DNA of 63,699 bases, filler included, from Reticulomyxa filosa (lineage: Eukaryota; Protista; Foraminifera), in assembly GCA_000512085.1 (NCBI GenBank). It is 24 parts of 24 records of this genome, joined end to end, with 100 filler letters (N's around TTAATTAATTAA, not from the genome) between each part and the next. Parts side by side here need not be neighbours in the genome. Positions count along the whole stretch, not along the records: positions 10,116 to 14,311 come from ASPP01001189.1; positions 14,412 to 18,288 come from ASPP01026314.1; positions 18,389 to 21,281 come from ASPP01012524.1; positions 21,382 to 22,635 come from ASPP01010205.1; positions 22,736 to 24,323 come from ASPP01028429.1; positions 24,424 to 26,212 come from ASPP01019835.1; 18 more parts are not named here. One strand, given 5' to 3'. Of this stretch, positions 11,514-24,529 are shown in pieces. Within the stretch, counting starts at the first letter, position 1. Each line of letters begins with the position of its first letter. A program made the position numbers and the translations under genes. A model generated the notes under the pieces. That model was given only the letters and a program-made list of their open reading frames with translations. It made no database searches and was not told the DNA's origin.

Positions 11514-13861
11514 ATGTTTGCGAACATATTTGCACAATCAGCCTTTCAAAACTTGCCGAATTTGCCCAAGAATTTTGTGGCGCCCCAATGTGTGTTGTTG
11601 AAAGACGAACTTCTTATTTGTGGAGGCGAAAACAACAACAAATGTTATTCGTATCACCTCGTAAAAAAGCAATATGAATATATCTGTTCTTACCCAAGTG
11701 GTGTGGAATTGAAAGGCCATTGTGTTTTGCAATTAAGCCACCAAGGTGATAATCCCGACGAAATCCATTTGTATCCTTTGGAGGACAAGATGCAGGCAAA
11801 GTGAAGCAAACGTTTTCAATGCGATACAAAAGTATTTGGAGCCACACCCAAAAAGCAGAGCCATCACTAAATTCATGGACGTTGGTGGCAAAATCCCAAA
11901 TCGGGGAGTTGAGTGACAATTTGGAGGGAGTACGTGGAGTGATTGGAGGAATGAACAACGATCTCTTGTTTATTACCCACTTTCCAAAAAACATTCGAGT
12001 GATTGACTTGAAGACAATGAAGCCTTTGAAGGGAGTTACAAACAGCATTATTCCAAACAAAGAAAACGAATCTGAGCATTGCTTTGTGCCGCTGACTATG
12101 AATGGTAGCGTAACAAAGGTTGTCAATCACTTCCTGTTGTTTCATCGCAATATCGGACTATTGATCAGCTTCGATGAAGGGCAGCGCACGTTTACGTACG
12201 AAAATTTGCCGACATGTCCGGAGTTGCGAGAGGTGAGTTCGTATGCGTTTTTAGGTTGCTATGGATACGTATTTTTGTTTGGAGGGTGTGACAATCGCTC
12301 GAAAGCGAAAACAAGGTGTGTGTGGAAGTACTCCATTTCTCGTAAAATATGGAGTGTCTGCAAGAGCAAGCTGCCAACCGAAGTTAGCTCCTCTTTTGCT
12401 TTGCTGGATCAAAACAACGTGCATGTACATGTTATCGGAGGCGTCGTCACCAAGGAAGTGCAAGACTATCACTGGACCATATCGGCAGATCAGTTGTTTC
12501 AAACACACGAGTTGATGCAAATTGTGCAAGATCAGGAGCAAGATATCCGGAGCCTCAAAGAAAAGATTGCAAGTTTGGAGCTTTCACGACCTTATGTGAT
12601 TCCTGAAACGATGGAAGAAAAAGAAGTCGAACAATCGATTGACAAAAAAGTAGAGCCTCCGAAAGAATGGAGGGATATCCAGCAACAAATGAAAGAAATT
12701 GGCAACAGCTTGATATCGTTGGAAAAACTGTCTACGATGGATTGGGCACAATCCAATTGCACAGGCCTGGAGTTGTGGGGATGCAATGGAAAAGCACATC
12801 TCGTAAATCAAAAACTCTTGACATGCATGGAAGATATTGTAACAATCACGACCGACTTGTCTCCTTTGGGAACAATCATTGATGTTGGGGATTTGTATGC
12901 GTTTTTTTTTTGTTTTTTTTCCTCCAAAATTTTAATTTCTTTGTAAAACTGTATCAAAATTATTTATTTACAAATATAAAATTTATCCTCTTGCGTTTTC
13001 GACATTTTTTTAAAAAAAATGAAAAAGGGACATGTATCAAGAATGGAAAAAAGCTTAGATCAATGTTCAAAAATCAATGAAGATGCTCAAAAATTATTCG
13101 CAGAAAAGAAATCCCAAAAAGAGCAGAGCAAATGCGAACTTGAAAAAGCCTTGTCTAAGTATACGAGATCGATAGAGGAGTGGAACTCCAGTTTTATTGA
13201 CGCGAAACGGGTGGCTGCAGAGAAAGAAAAGGAAGAGAGTTTAATGACAAATATTAGATCGTTGAAGGAGCTCAATGAGTCATTAATGAAAAGTTGTTCC
13301 GATTTGAGTGCACAGATGGACAACTTGAAAAAAAAAAATAATCAGTTCCTCGAGCAATGTTTAAACGATTTGTACTCGAAATGGTACGAATGGAGCCCCT
13401 CTGATATTGGGATATTCATTGGCTACGTATTAAAAAGTGACAAGAAACAGATTCAACATTTTGGTGACATTGCAAAAACAAATCAAATGGACTCCAAATC
13501 ATTATTGCAGTTATCAAAAAAAGATTGGATGGACGTATTTAATTTGGAAAAGTTTAATGATGCATGCTGCGTTCACAATACATTTTCGAGGATTCGTGAT
13601 GAATTTTCAATTACCGATAACGTCAATCAAATTGCATATATGAAAGATGTTCCAAAGGAATATTTGTGTCCATTGTCCAAAGCTATTATGAAAGATCCTG
13701 TCATTGCTCGAGATAGAGTCACTTATGATCGCGAATCGATTGTGTCCAAAGCTAGTGAACTTGTTAATGCTTCAACTCTTTTTGAGAATGGAGAGTTGAA
13801 ATTGGTGCCAAATCTTGCTTTGCGACACAGGATTGACGAATTTTTAAAGGCAAAACAGTAA
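11514..13861 (+). CDS. Kelch beta-propeller + coiled coil + SAM-like + U-box protein (putative E3 ligase), frameshifted near 11770
   Basis: Kelch repeats (LLICGG, LSFGG, VFLFGG, HVIGG), a heptad-rich middle, a SAM-like segment (WYEWSPSDIGIFI...MDSKSLLQLS) and a U-box (PKEYLCPLSKAIMKDPV...TYDRESI...LVPNLALR). Intron at about 12895-13027. Confidence 0.8.
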
Positions 13862-15456
13862 CTAAGTTCTCATTTTCATTTGATCAAAAGGGGGTCTCAC
13901 AAAATGTGAACTTTTTTATTGTTTTTACAGTCCAGTAATTATTGCTTTGAAAACAATGTCAGTTTAGCGTTCTTTCATTCAAAAGTGTGAATGTTGCACG
14001 TTTTCATTTTCTTTGGTTTCAATTAAGTGTTAAAAGCGACAAGTTAACTCGTTTACAGTATGAAACAAAATACGGCGTTTCCATTTCAAATTGTATGGAA
14101 GAAATGGTCAAATAATACACATATTATCCACTTTGAATTATTTTTAATACCATTATCTTCATTAAAAACCTAAGAAATAAGCTAGGTGTACAATTTTAAT
14201 CATAAAGTAAATGTTTTTCTTCAAGCAATCTGACAATGACAAAGCCACAAATGGTAACACATATATTCAATCCAAGACAAAACTTGAAAACAAAAAACGA
14301 AAATCATTTCGNNNNNNNNNNNNNNNNNNNNNNNNNNNNNNNNNNNNNNNNNNNNTTAATTAATTAANNNNNNNNNNNNNNNNNNNNNNNNNNNNNNNNN
14401 NNNNNNNNNNNGGGGGTGGAATGTAGTTTAAGTACATATTATGCAATATCAATTACTGACCCCGGTGGATTAAAACCATATTCACAACAAAACTCACTTT
14501 CGTGTCTTTTACTTGTTTCCTTTATTGTTTTGAATTATTTGTTCTAAATTTACTTTATTTTCTGAAATTGGTTTCTTGGAACTAAGTTCCTTTCGTATTA
14601 CACTTAGTCTCATCACTATTCCTACAATTGATTGTTTAAATATTGCTGAAAGATATCTGAATTCAATGCAAAAAGTAAACATAAACATTATTGTAAATAA
14701 TGAGAAAAAACGAACATGAAATAACTAACTTATTAGAGAACAAATAATTGCGATAACTAACAAATTGAAGCATGGAAATCTGATTTAGTGTACGTAATAA
14801 ACATATTAAACATAAACAATATACTAAATCGACATATTAAGAATAAAAAAAAGTAAAAATTTGGATTATTATAAAAGTTCATATCAATTTGTTACATGTT
14901 AGTCTGGTAAAAAAAAAGATTTTTCATTCTACATTTGCATGTGCTAAGCAAGTTAAGTCAGTCGACATAAGGTATGAATAGTTAATACTAAATATAAATG
15001 ATCTAATAAAAATCGTTCAATAGAAAGATATTATTAAATTCAAATTAATTTTAAAACATAATTAAAAAGCTTAACTGACTCTGCAAGATTATCCAAAACA
15101 GTGCGGTTTGAAAATAAAAATATAATAACATAATTTCAAAGTAAGATATTTTCGTATTTGCAATCTAGCAAAACTCCAACAGAAGTTAGCAAGTACATAA
15201 AAAATCGTTGTCATTACAAGGACATCAATCTAGAGTATGTCTATGAACTATCTTGCTTGATGTAGTTTGAATCTTTGCACATTTTCAATTTATAACATAC
15301 TTATTTTTACCTTAAACATTTTTGGTTTTCAACAGTTCTAAGAGGTTTGCCGTTGATTACTGTCGGCCAGGATAAATACATAGAAAAACATAATTAATTT
15401 TTCGCCAATATTTTAAGCAATTCAACGAAACTATCAATTATCGTTAATTGGACAAG

Positions 15457-16268
15457 ATGTCTGAGGAAAAGGAATCTCAGTCTTTTAATAACCGAACACT
15501 GTTGAAAATAGTTGTTTTAGGAGATTCGAGCGTAGGAAAGACTGCATTGTTGAGACAGTATGTAGACAACAAATTTGTGGAAATACATCAAGCGACAATT
15601 GGTGCCGACTTATTAACTAAAACAGTGACAATAGATAACACGTTTATAATACTGCAAATATGGGACACAGGTAAATTTCTCAAAAAAAAAAAAGGGGATC
15701 AGAAGAAGGTGGAAAGGAAGGAGAAAAAAAAACTATACCAAAGAATACAGCAATCATAATTATTGCAAATATATATTTTTCCCTTTCCCCTTATTGTCCC
15801 ACTGTTTGTAAAATCCAAGCTGGACAAGAACGTTACAATGCATTGGGCAATGCATATTATCGTGGTGCAGATGGTTGCATATTAGTATATGACATAAGTA
15901 GCAAAGAATCATTTAGTCATGTGCATCAATGGTATGAGAATTTTGTTGAACAAGCCAGTCACCCCAATGTACCAGAGATAAAATTTATATTGTTAGGAAA
16001 TAAAAGCGATCTGAAAGATGCACGTCAAGTAAGTACGGAAGACGGACAAAACTATGCGAAAACGCACAATATGCTTTTCTTTGAAACGAGTGCAAAAAAC
16101 GGCACAAATGTGAATGAAGCCTTTCTCGCTTTACTTCGAAATATTTCTATCCTTGAAAACTTCATCTTGTATAGCGACGATGTCGCACTCAAACTTAAAT
16201 CTATCGAAGAAGAGACTGAAAAGAATAACGTTAAAAAATATAGTGGTTGTTCCTGTCTTCTCATTTAA
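15457..16268 (+). CDS. Rab7-like small GTPase (divergent)
   Basis: Motifs GDSSVGKT, ATIGADL, WDTAGQE (restored by intron 15671-15819), YYRGADGC, GNKSD and ETSAK; C-terminus CSCLLI. Confidence 0.9.
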
Positions 16269-16822
16269 ATTTTCTTTTTTTTTTTCTTCCTTTCTTTGTG
16301 CTTGACGTTGCCTTGTCGACTATTTCATTCAACGAATGAGAGCTCAATTTTGTTGTTGTGATGATGTATTTGTCACAATTTGTGTTGTTTGATAAAAAAA
16401 GTAAAAATTACTTTTTGTTTTGTTTGTTTGTGCAATACGCGTATTGTCGCTTATTTTGTTGTAAACAATTTTTTGTGATTTTAAAAATCTTTTGCTTCAT
16501 TGCTCATTTACAGACCCCTTGGTTGTACTGAGGCTGTACATGGACCGAAGTTCTAACTTGTGCTTGTACTCTGCTTTTACTTCGATCCTTTTTGCCGCCT
16601 GTTTGTTACAGTTGTAATTACCTTTTGCCGAAAACAATCAGGGTTTGTTTTTTTCTTACTTTTTTTTTATATGTATCATACCGGTTTTAAATGCGACATG
16701 CTACTAATCTTATGCAAATAATTACATCAAATAAATAGTCGATATATGTTTTAAATGACCTCGTATCAAGGATTAGTTTTTCAAGTCAGTTGTGGAAAAT
16801 AAAAAATTGAACTCACGATATA

Positions 16823-17206
16823 ATGTCATCATCGTTGTCTTGGTTGGTGGCATTTTGGCTTAATTTTTGGCTAATTTGTGGAAAAAGGGGCTTGCGCAAT
16901 CTTCTGTCGTTAAAAGAGTGGATAAAAGACCAAGGTTTTTTGAGTGACGACATAGCAATTCGGTGGAATGAGAAGTACAGTGGATTTGGAGTGTATACGT
17001 TGAGAGACATACTAGCGAGTCGTTCAGTGTTTACAATACCACTGTCAAAGTTGCTAAGCCTAAGCAAAGCGCAGCAAATACTACAAAGCCAGTTGCAAAC
17101 GCCAAAAGAAGTGTTGGAAGATATTCTACCCATCAAATACTTTAGAGAGGTGCCGACCCTTTGTGATACGTACTTGGACTGCACCTGTATTTGGTTCTTC
17201 TATTGA
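16823..17206 (+). pseudogene. Truncated SET-domain (Rubisco-LSMT/SETD3-like) N-terminal fragment
   Basis: LKEWIKDQGF...SGFGVYTLRDI...VFTIPLSKLLS matches the first SET strands. No downstream catalytic motifs are recognisable. Confidence 0.55.
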
Positions 17207-17824
17207 CACAATGACTTATTTGAAGACACTATTCATAAAATGTATTCTCAACAATACTTAGATGTCGAACTTGAACATGTACATGATAATAATAAAAGAA
17301 AAAATTATTGTAATATATCATCAAAAAGCACAAAAACAACGTATTTACTAAACATTGATTTTAACGACAAATTATATTTGAGTAATTTTAAACAAAAAGA
17401 ATGACAACTATTTATAATGAAAAACGTCAATTATAATCTAGTTTTTTATTAAAATCTTTTTTCACAAAACAGTCAATGACCTAGAAATAATTTGCCAAAT
17501 ATATAATATATATCATTTTGTAAAATATATGTTATTATACATATTGCTTAATTGACACAAACAATATTTAACACATTGATATATTTTCATTTTATATTTT
17601 ATGTTATACTTATATTGGACAATAACCTTTTGTAAATAAATAAAAACAAATTATTTACTACAAAAAAATTATACGTAAAAACAGAAAAAAAAATAGTATG
17701 CACAAACAAAACTTGTTATAATTCTAATCACATATCAAAGTTTTAAAAGCTATTTTTAAAAGAAACATTATATTATTTTTTTGACTAAAGTAAACAAAAA
17801 AAACAAATTATATAAAACTTACAT

Positions 17825-18124
17825 TTATATCGTAAACGCAACACTAATTGTAACTTTCTTTCTTTTTGGATGTTATAATCACTCAATGTTCTTCAATCTT
17901 CAAATTGTTTTTCGTCAAAGATTAATCGTTGATTTTCTGGAAGAATTCTTTATTGTCTTGGCTTTTAGCTTTCAAATTTTGGATCGTATCATTATGTCCA
18001 ACGTCCAATGTAATTATTTTCCCAGTTAGTATTTTCACAAAGCTGTAAGTATACAAACAAATAAGATTGCGAATTTTCGGAAATAAAAAAGGATAAAAAT
18101 AAAAACAACAAATTACATTTGCAT
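17825..18124 (-). pseudogene. Ubiquitin pseudogene
   Basis: MQI (intron 18043-18116) FVKILTGKIITLDVGHNDTIQNLKAKSQD, then a frameshift, then ILPENQRLIFDEKQFED*RTLSDYNIQKE...LVLRLR. Contains an in-frame stop and lacks the C-terminal GG. Confidence 0.85.
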
Positions 18125-18388
18125 CGCTACACTGCATAATCGAGGCAACATGAAATAACTTTTTCTTTCTAATAAATGGATAAAGCACATTGTGATCATG
18201 CAATAATTGCAATAATTTCAATAGATAAAATATATTTTTGAATAATGAAAAAGTGTAAAAATACACAAATATGATGATTTTTGATTAANNNNNNNNNNNN
18301 NNNNNNNNNNNNNNNNNNNNNNNNNNNNNNNNTTAATTAATTAANNNNNNNNNNNNNNNNNNNNNNNNNNNNNNNNNNNNNNNNNNNN

Positions 18389-19548
18389 ACTACTCATAGC
18401 AACGAAAAACAAGCTTTAACGCAAGTACCGTTAGTAAGCTTCTTTCAAATTTCAAAAAACTATTTAATTTTAACTGCACAATTTCAATTAAAATAGTTAG
18501 AAGAATGAGTGATTCAATTAATTATTCAACACTGGAGTCGGACATTAAAAATTAAATTTGGATGGATTCACGATTTTGACAAACTTGTTGTTAATTATGT
18601 TATGTTTTTGATTATCAAATATTTAAATAATATTTTGTCATTTTACATATAATCATTACTTACACAGATAAATAGATTTTTTAGACTTGACACGTTTCGT
18701 TCATAATCTGAATTACGCAAGAATTTCACTGAGCACACTGACAATGTGTGGAGTGTTGATTATACAACATTTGGTAATTGCCAATTGATTTGTTCTGAAT
18801 CATCTGATAAAACAGTTCGTACATGGAATTTAGAGACCAAAAACAAATTCAATTATTCAACGGACATTCAGATACTGTGTATTGTGCAAAATTTTCACCA
18901 TATCATAATCTTAATTATCACCGTAATGTTATTTGTTCTTCATCGGATGACAAAACCATTCGCTTTTGGTATATCAAAGATAATCAACAATTACAAATAT
19001 TTAGCGAGCACGCTGAAAGTGTTTGTGGAATTGAGTTTTCATCATTTAGTGGTGGCCGATATTTGTGTTCTGGATCTGATGATAATACTATCTGTTTATG
19101 TGATGTTGAAACATCCAAATTATTGCATACTTTCTGTGGACATACAAATATTGTTTGATGCGTGGATATTTCACCACTGCCAAACAATAGTAATAATAAT
19201 GATAACAAAAGTAATAGTATTGGTGTGATTGGTGGTAATGGATATACAATTTCATGGGACATAAACATTATGTAAATGCTGTTGAATATTCATTGTTTGT
19301 AGTAGATAATATCGAAGTTGGTGGTAATTCAAATGTGATATGTTCTGGATCAGAAGATAACACGATTCGATTCGGGGATATTCGATCAAACAAGAATGAA
19401 TTGTACGTATCAAAGGATATAAAAGAGATATAATATATCTTAAATTTTAAAGAATGAAAAAGAACAGTGAAAAAAAAAGGGAAATAACTGTAGTGTTGTT
19501 AATTTATGTTATGGTTCGTACAATGGTCGTGTTTGCATTTGGGGATAG
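18389..19548 (+). pseudogene. WD40-repeat family pseudogene
   Basis: Same family as 6920-8070 (KFGWIHDFDKLVVNY, FNGHSDTVYCAKFS, ICSSSDDKTIRFW, YLCSGSDDNTI), with several frameshifts and stops. Confidence 0.82.
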
Positions 19549-21381
19549 AATTTTTTTTACAATAAAAATGTGATTTTGATTAAACTAAACGAAGGAATTT
19601 TTTTCAGCATGATATCTCCATTCTCTGGCTAAATTTTTTGTTTTCAATGTGAATTGATTTCATTCACCTTAGTCACATTTATTGAACGAAATTGCATGTA
19701 TTTTAATGGACGAATATGTTCAATAGATTTTGCAAAAACGTGTTTTATTAAGAAAAAAAACACAACATCCATTATAATATAATTGAGAGTTTAATACAGT
19801 TGAATTTAAAGCTATGGTAACGTAGATAATTTTTTTTTAGATGAATTGTGATATGTAATGTAACTGATTATCAAAGAATAAGAATCTTTCCAAAGAGTAA
19901 ACAAATTTTCCGTTTGCTGTTGGAACGAGAACAATATGGCAGTCCAGATAATGAATACTTAAAGCGCATATGGACATTAGTGCAATCTTGGATTGTGTGC
20001 AATGTTGCTAACATTTTTTTGTAACCAGTTCATAATTTCTATTTAATTTGCGTGTAGTTCGGTCAATTTATGTTGATTGTAAAGACACTTGATCCTAAGA
20101 ATACAAACGCTTTTAGAAATGCTTACATATGTAAATATGCTTGTTAACAAAAATAGTATAAAAATAGCTTTTTCATAATCACTTACATTTTATCAATACG
20201 TACTAGCAAATGACTGTTCTAGGATCTTATGAGAAAAAAAAAGGATGTTCTATGCATGTGTTTTTCTTTTTGTCTGATTATTTGAACAAATGCAAGATTC
20301 TTGTTTTCAGTTATTTGTAAAAAACGTTTTTATTCTTTGTTTGAAAACGTTTTTAGCGAGATTCCGACAGAAGTAATTTCATAAAAACTCAGTAATAGCG
20401 CAAAACGGGAACAATTCAGAATCAAAAATCATCATTGCATCCCATTCTCCTATTGTCCGGAATGAAAAAATATTTAAAAAATTCTGGTCTAAGTATTTGA
20501 AACTCAACTAGAAAGAAAACCAATTATATATTGCTTTCAAAATATCGTCAACGTTACATACAGTAAATATTTTCAATGTGAAACTGAATATGGTCATATG
20601 TATGAATATAGTTTTATGAAATGTCTCCAAAGAAACGATTTATTTTTTAATATCCCCACTCCAAAAATATTGAGTGTTTTTAGAATTTTAAACTAAAATT
20701 GGAGTGAAGAAAAAAAAATCTATATCCAATACTCTTGATGATGTAAATTTGTTGAATGAAATCGTCCTCACTCAAATAATAACAATGAAATAACAGAAAC
20801 ACGTAAACTTTTTAAAAACAAAAATGTCTTGGTTCATTACATTGTACTAATATAAATATCTTCAATTTTCCTTTTCAATGATTATTTCAAAAATGCAAAG
20901 AAAATGATCAATCTGAAGTTCAAAAAACACTGACACATTGTCGGTTATATTTTTTAGTGAAACAGCGGTTCGAATGACAGTAAGAGCGAAAAGAAAGGAA
21001 TAACAAACAGAAAGAACGTGGCTTTTGATAAATTGAACGAAACTTATCAATGAAAGTTGTGTCTGAGTTTTTTTCGTTGCCAAAAGTGGTCGTCTTAAAT
21101 CTTTTTTGATTTTTCTGTGAGATCTCCTTAAACTATGATAAAATGTTGAGCTTTTTTTCTTAAAACCAGTCAAGTGGCTGAATTTTAAAGTATGACTTTT
21201 TCAATGAAAAAAACGACAATTGTAAAGGTAAATTTTTTTTGCAACTGTTGCATACTTTTTCTGGTTAGGTCTCTCATTCAANNNNNNNNNNNNNNNNNNN
21301 NNNNNNNNNNNNNNNNNNNNNNNNNTTAATTAATTAANNNNNNNNNNNNNNNNNNNNNNNNNNNNNNNNNNNNNNNNNNNN

Positions 21382-21486
21382 TGCTGTTGTTGACTCTCCA
21401 AACTACTGACTTTATGCAGCATATCGGTTGATTCCTGAGATGTTCATATATTATTTCATAATAACTATATATATATGTATGTATAT

Positions 21487-21530
<44 letters not shown>

Positions 21531-22613
21531 GGATAGTAAACAAAACTTGATGCAAATTTTTTAAAGCACGTAGTCTATTAACAATGCCAGGAAGACTTTG
21601 CGAAGCCTGGTCCCAGCGTTCCATCATTTCGAACATGAGGTTGATTCTATGTTCTTTGGACTTGGTGATTTGTTCTTCCAAAGTGCTTTGCGGGACGGAT
21701 TTGATTTCCTTCAGAGCTTCCTTCAAAGAATCGGACCTACGTTTGAGTGCGGCTAGTCGATTTTGGTCGCATAGCAACTCCAAGCGTTTGGACAAGTACT
21801 CAATGCTTTTGGTCATTCCACCTTTGGCATGCGACATATTGTCTGGCGTGGGGCCGACCAATGCCTCCAGCGTATCCAGACGTTGGGCAATATCTTTCAA
21901 TCGATGCGAGCTGCTGTCCATCGATCCGTCGTGATACAGTGTCAGCGCTGCTGTCGCCGCTTGGCCGTCTGTCCCTTTTTGGGCATTACCGTTATTGTTG
22001 CCCAATTCTTCCAATTGTTTCATCAAAAACTTGGAATCGACGGTCCCATTTGTGGCCACTTGGCTGCCATTTCCAAACAACGGCGTCAAATAGCGGCTGT
22101 TTGTTACCTCCTCCACGTTCCCCCACATTCGCTTTATATCTTCGTTCACTTGGGTCACTATTTGTTTCGTGGGTTCTTCGTTTGTCGACTCCGACTAATT
22201 CATTCATATTCAAACATTTTCATCAAAAAAAAAAAAAAAAAAAAAAGGGGGGAAGGAAAAAATAAAATAAAAAAAAAAAAAATTGTGAATTTTTTTTTTA
22301 AAACTGATTGGGTCAATTGCTTCAGTTGATGTTCCAATTCAAACACTTCATCTTTTAAACGAGTGTATTTTTGCAATGGATATTCATACTTGGCCTCCCT
22401 CTTGTCCCCCGTGTCTATTATCTCCGCTAGGCCTCGTATTGCTGTTGTGTCCGCTTGTGCACCTTCCGCTGCTCGTCCCGAAAATCTTTGAAATGCCGGA
22501 CTTGGTTCCACTTTTTCTTCGCCAAAGTCCACTGCTTCGCTCACTTGTTTGCTCGTTGTCTCCTCCGCTTTTCCTCCTTTTTCGTCGTCTGAGTCACCAT
22601 AGATCTTCCACAC
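21382..22613 (-). CDS. DCTN2: Dynactin subunit 2 (dynamitin/p50), partial, multi-exon
   Basis: YPLQKYTRLKDEVFELEHQL, IAQRLDTLEALVG and RWDQASQSLPGIVNRLRALKNLHQ match conserved dynamitin blocks. Confidence 0.82.
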
Positions 22614-23954
22614 GTCAATTAAAAAAAAAAAAAAANNNNNNNNNNNNNNNNNNNNNNNNNNNNNNNNNNNNNNNNNNNNTTAATTAATTAANNNNNNNNN
22701 NNNNNNNNNNNNNNNNNNNNNNNNNNNNNNNNNNNCCACCGCAAAAAATATCATAGGATTCAAAAAACTGATTCCAATGACAAAAAGAATCCCAACAAAC
22801 ATTTTACAGAAAAAAAGTGTAAAATTCTGAAGATAAACAACAAGAACATGGGTTTTTGGCTTAAAACAAGCAAGCAACCAAACCAACAAATAAAACCAGC
22901 AAAACAACAAAAAGCAAAATACAGTGCAATTACAATAAATAAATATTAAATATATAATAATAATAATAGAAATAATATACTCACAAACAATGATGGATTA
23001 ACTCAAAAATTCAAACTATCACTGGTGTGATGAACCACCACATTCGAATTAAAACTGGAAACATTTCCAATCAGTCCTGGTCGAATTTCCACTTATTATT
23101 TCTTTTGTTTTTGCTATTGTTTTCATTTTTGTTTTTTGTTTTGCTTCTGTTTGTTTTGTTATCTCATTATTAAAGTTGGAGCAGCCTGAAAAGGGGAGGA
23201 GAGGGAGAAGGAGAAAAAAAAAGGGCCATGCAGTTTTGATCAGCGAACATTTTTTTCAATCTTTCATTGAAATGTAAAGCTTTTGCTTGGACAAGAGAGT
23301 AAAAAGACGAACTTTGTTTAACTAGAATGGCTTTCGTCATTGTTTGTTTTTTTATTTTTGTTATTGTCTTTCTTTCGTTTCTGTTTTATCTTATTGGAAT
23401 TTGGAAAAAAAAAAACTGTTCAGGTGAGATTTCGTGGATTTGGTCCGCCGTTTTTGTTATTGCTTTGTTTTGTGTTTGTGTCGTTTGAAACAGAACGGAG
23501 TTTGTTTAATTTGTGGGAACTTAATAAAAATTTGTCATGCTTTCTGCATATGTATGTTTTTCTCTCTTTGTGACACCAGCATCCAAGTATCTTATATTTT
23601 CAGTTTGCCAAAGGATTAACAGAATGATTTTGTCAAACATTTCCTGGATTTGTCCGTTTTTGTTCTTTACGAAAAGCTTGGCCCAGGTTTGCCCTTGGGC
23701 TGTAGTAACACATTTTCCAATTCACCTAAAATTCCAAAAATGTAGCAAAAGAATGATCAGACTTTTTTAAATAGTTTTCAAATCTTCCTTATGTCGTATC
23801 TTCTATTCTCTAAACAAGGCAATTTGATTTGTGACCGTCCTTTTCCAATAAAAACTACAATTCTATATCAACAAACATGATACTTGTTCGCTTGCCGAGT
23901 TATTTTTCTTCCAAAAACAAAATATCTTCAGCCTATGTGAGGCAACTTCGTTAG

Positions 23955-24323
23955 ACTGACTGTTATCACTGGAGTAGAACCACACACGACTTGCTACAAA
24001 CTTACATTATCTAATAAGCAATGCAAATCACTATTTATTGATTTATTGATCATGCTTGGAAAGAAGAGAGTTGAATAAAATAGTTGTTTGATTTCATATG
24101 AAGGAATATTTAGTCCTGTGTTGCTAGTCAAAAATGTGGCAACCTTGGATGAGGCTATTAATTTTACTGATGTTAATACCTATGGTAACGGCACTGCCAT
24201 TCTCACTATCAGTGGAGCTGTCGTAAGATTGTACGAACGTAAAATTGAAGCGGATAAGTCGGATCTTTTCTTTCACTGGCAACATCTTCCGTGGCGCTAT
24301 GAACTTTTACGGAAAGAATGGAG
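23955..24323 (+). pseudogene. Methylmalonate-semialdehyde dehydrogenase (ALDH6-like) C-terminal remnant
   Basis: TVITGVEPHTTCYK...EGIFSPVL...TLDEAI...YGNGTAIL, then in a shifted frame FSFTGNIFRGAMNFYGK. Shows an internal deletion and a frameshift. Confidence 0.7.
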
Positions 24324-24529
24324 NNNNNNNNNNNNNNNNNNNNNNNNNNNNNNNNNNNNNNNNNNNNTTAATTAATTAANNNNNNNNNNNNNNNNNNNNN
24401 NNNNNNNNNNNNNNNNNNNNNNNTATATATGTATATGTATATATGTATATATATATACGTATATGCATGTGCATATATTGCACATGCATATATAAATGTG
24501 TGTAATATATTTGCATAATTATCAAGTAA

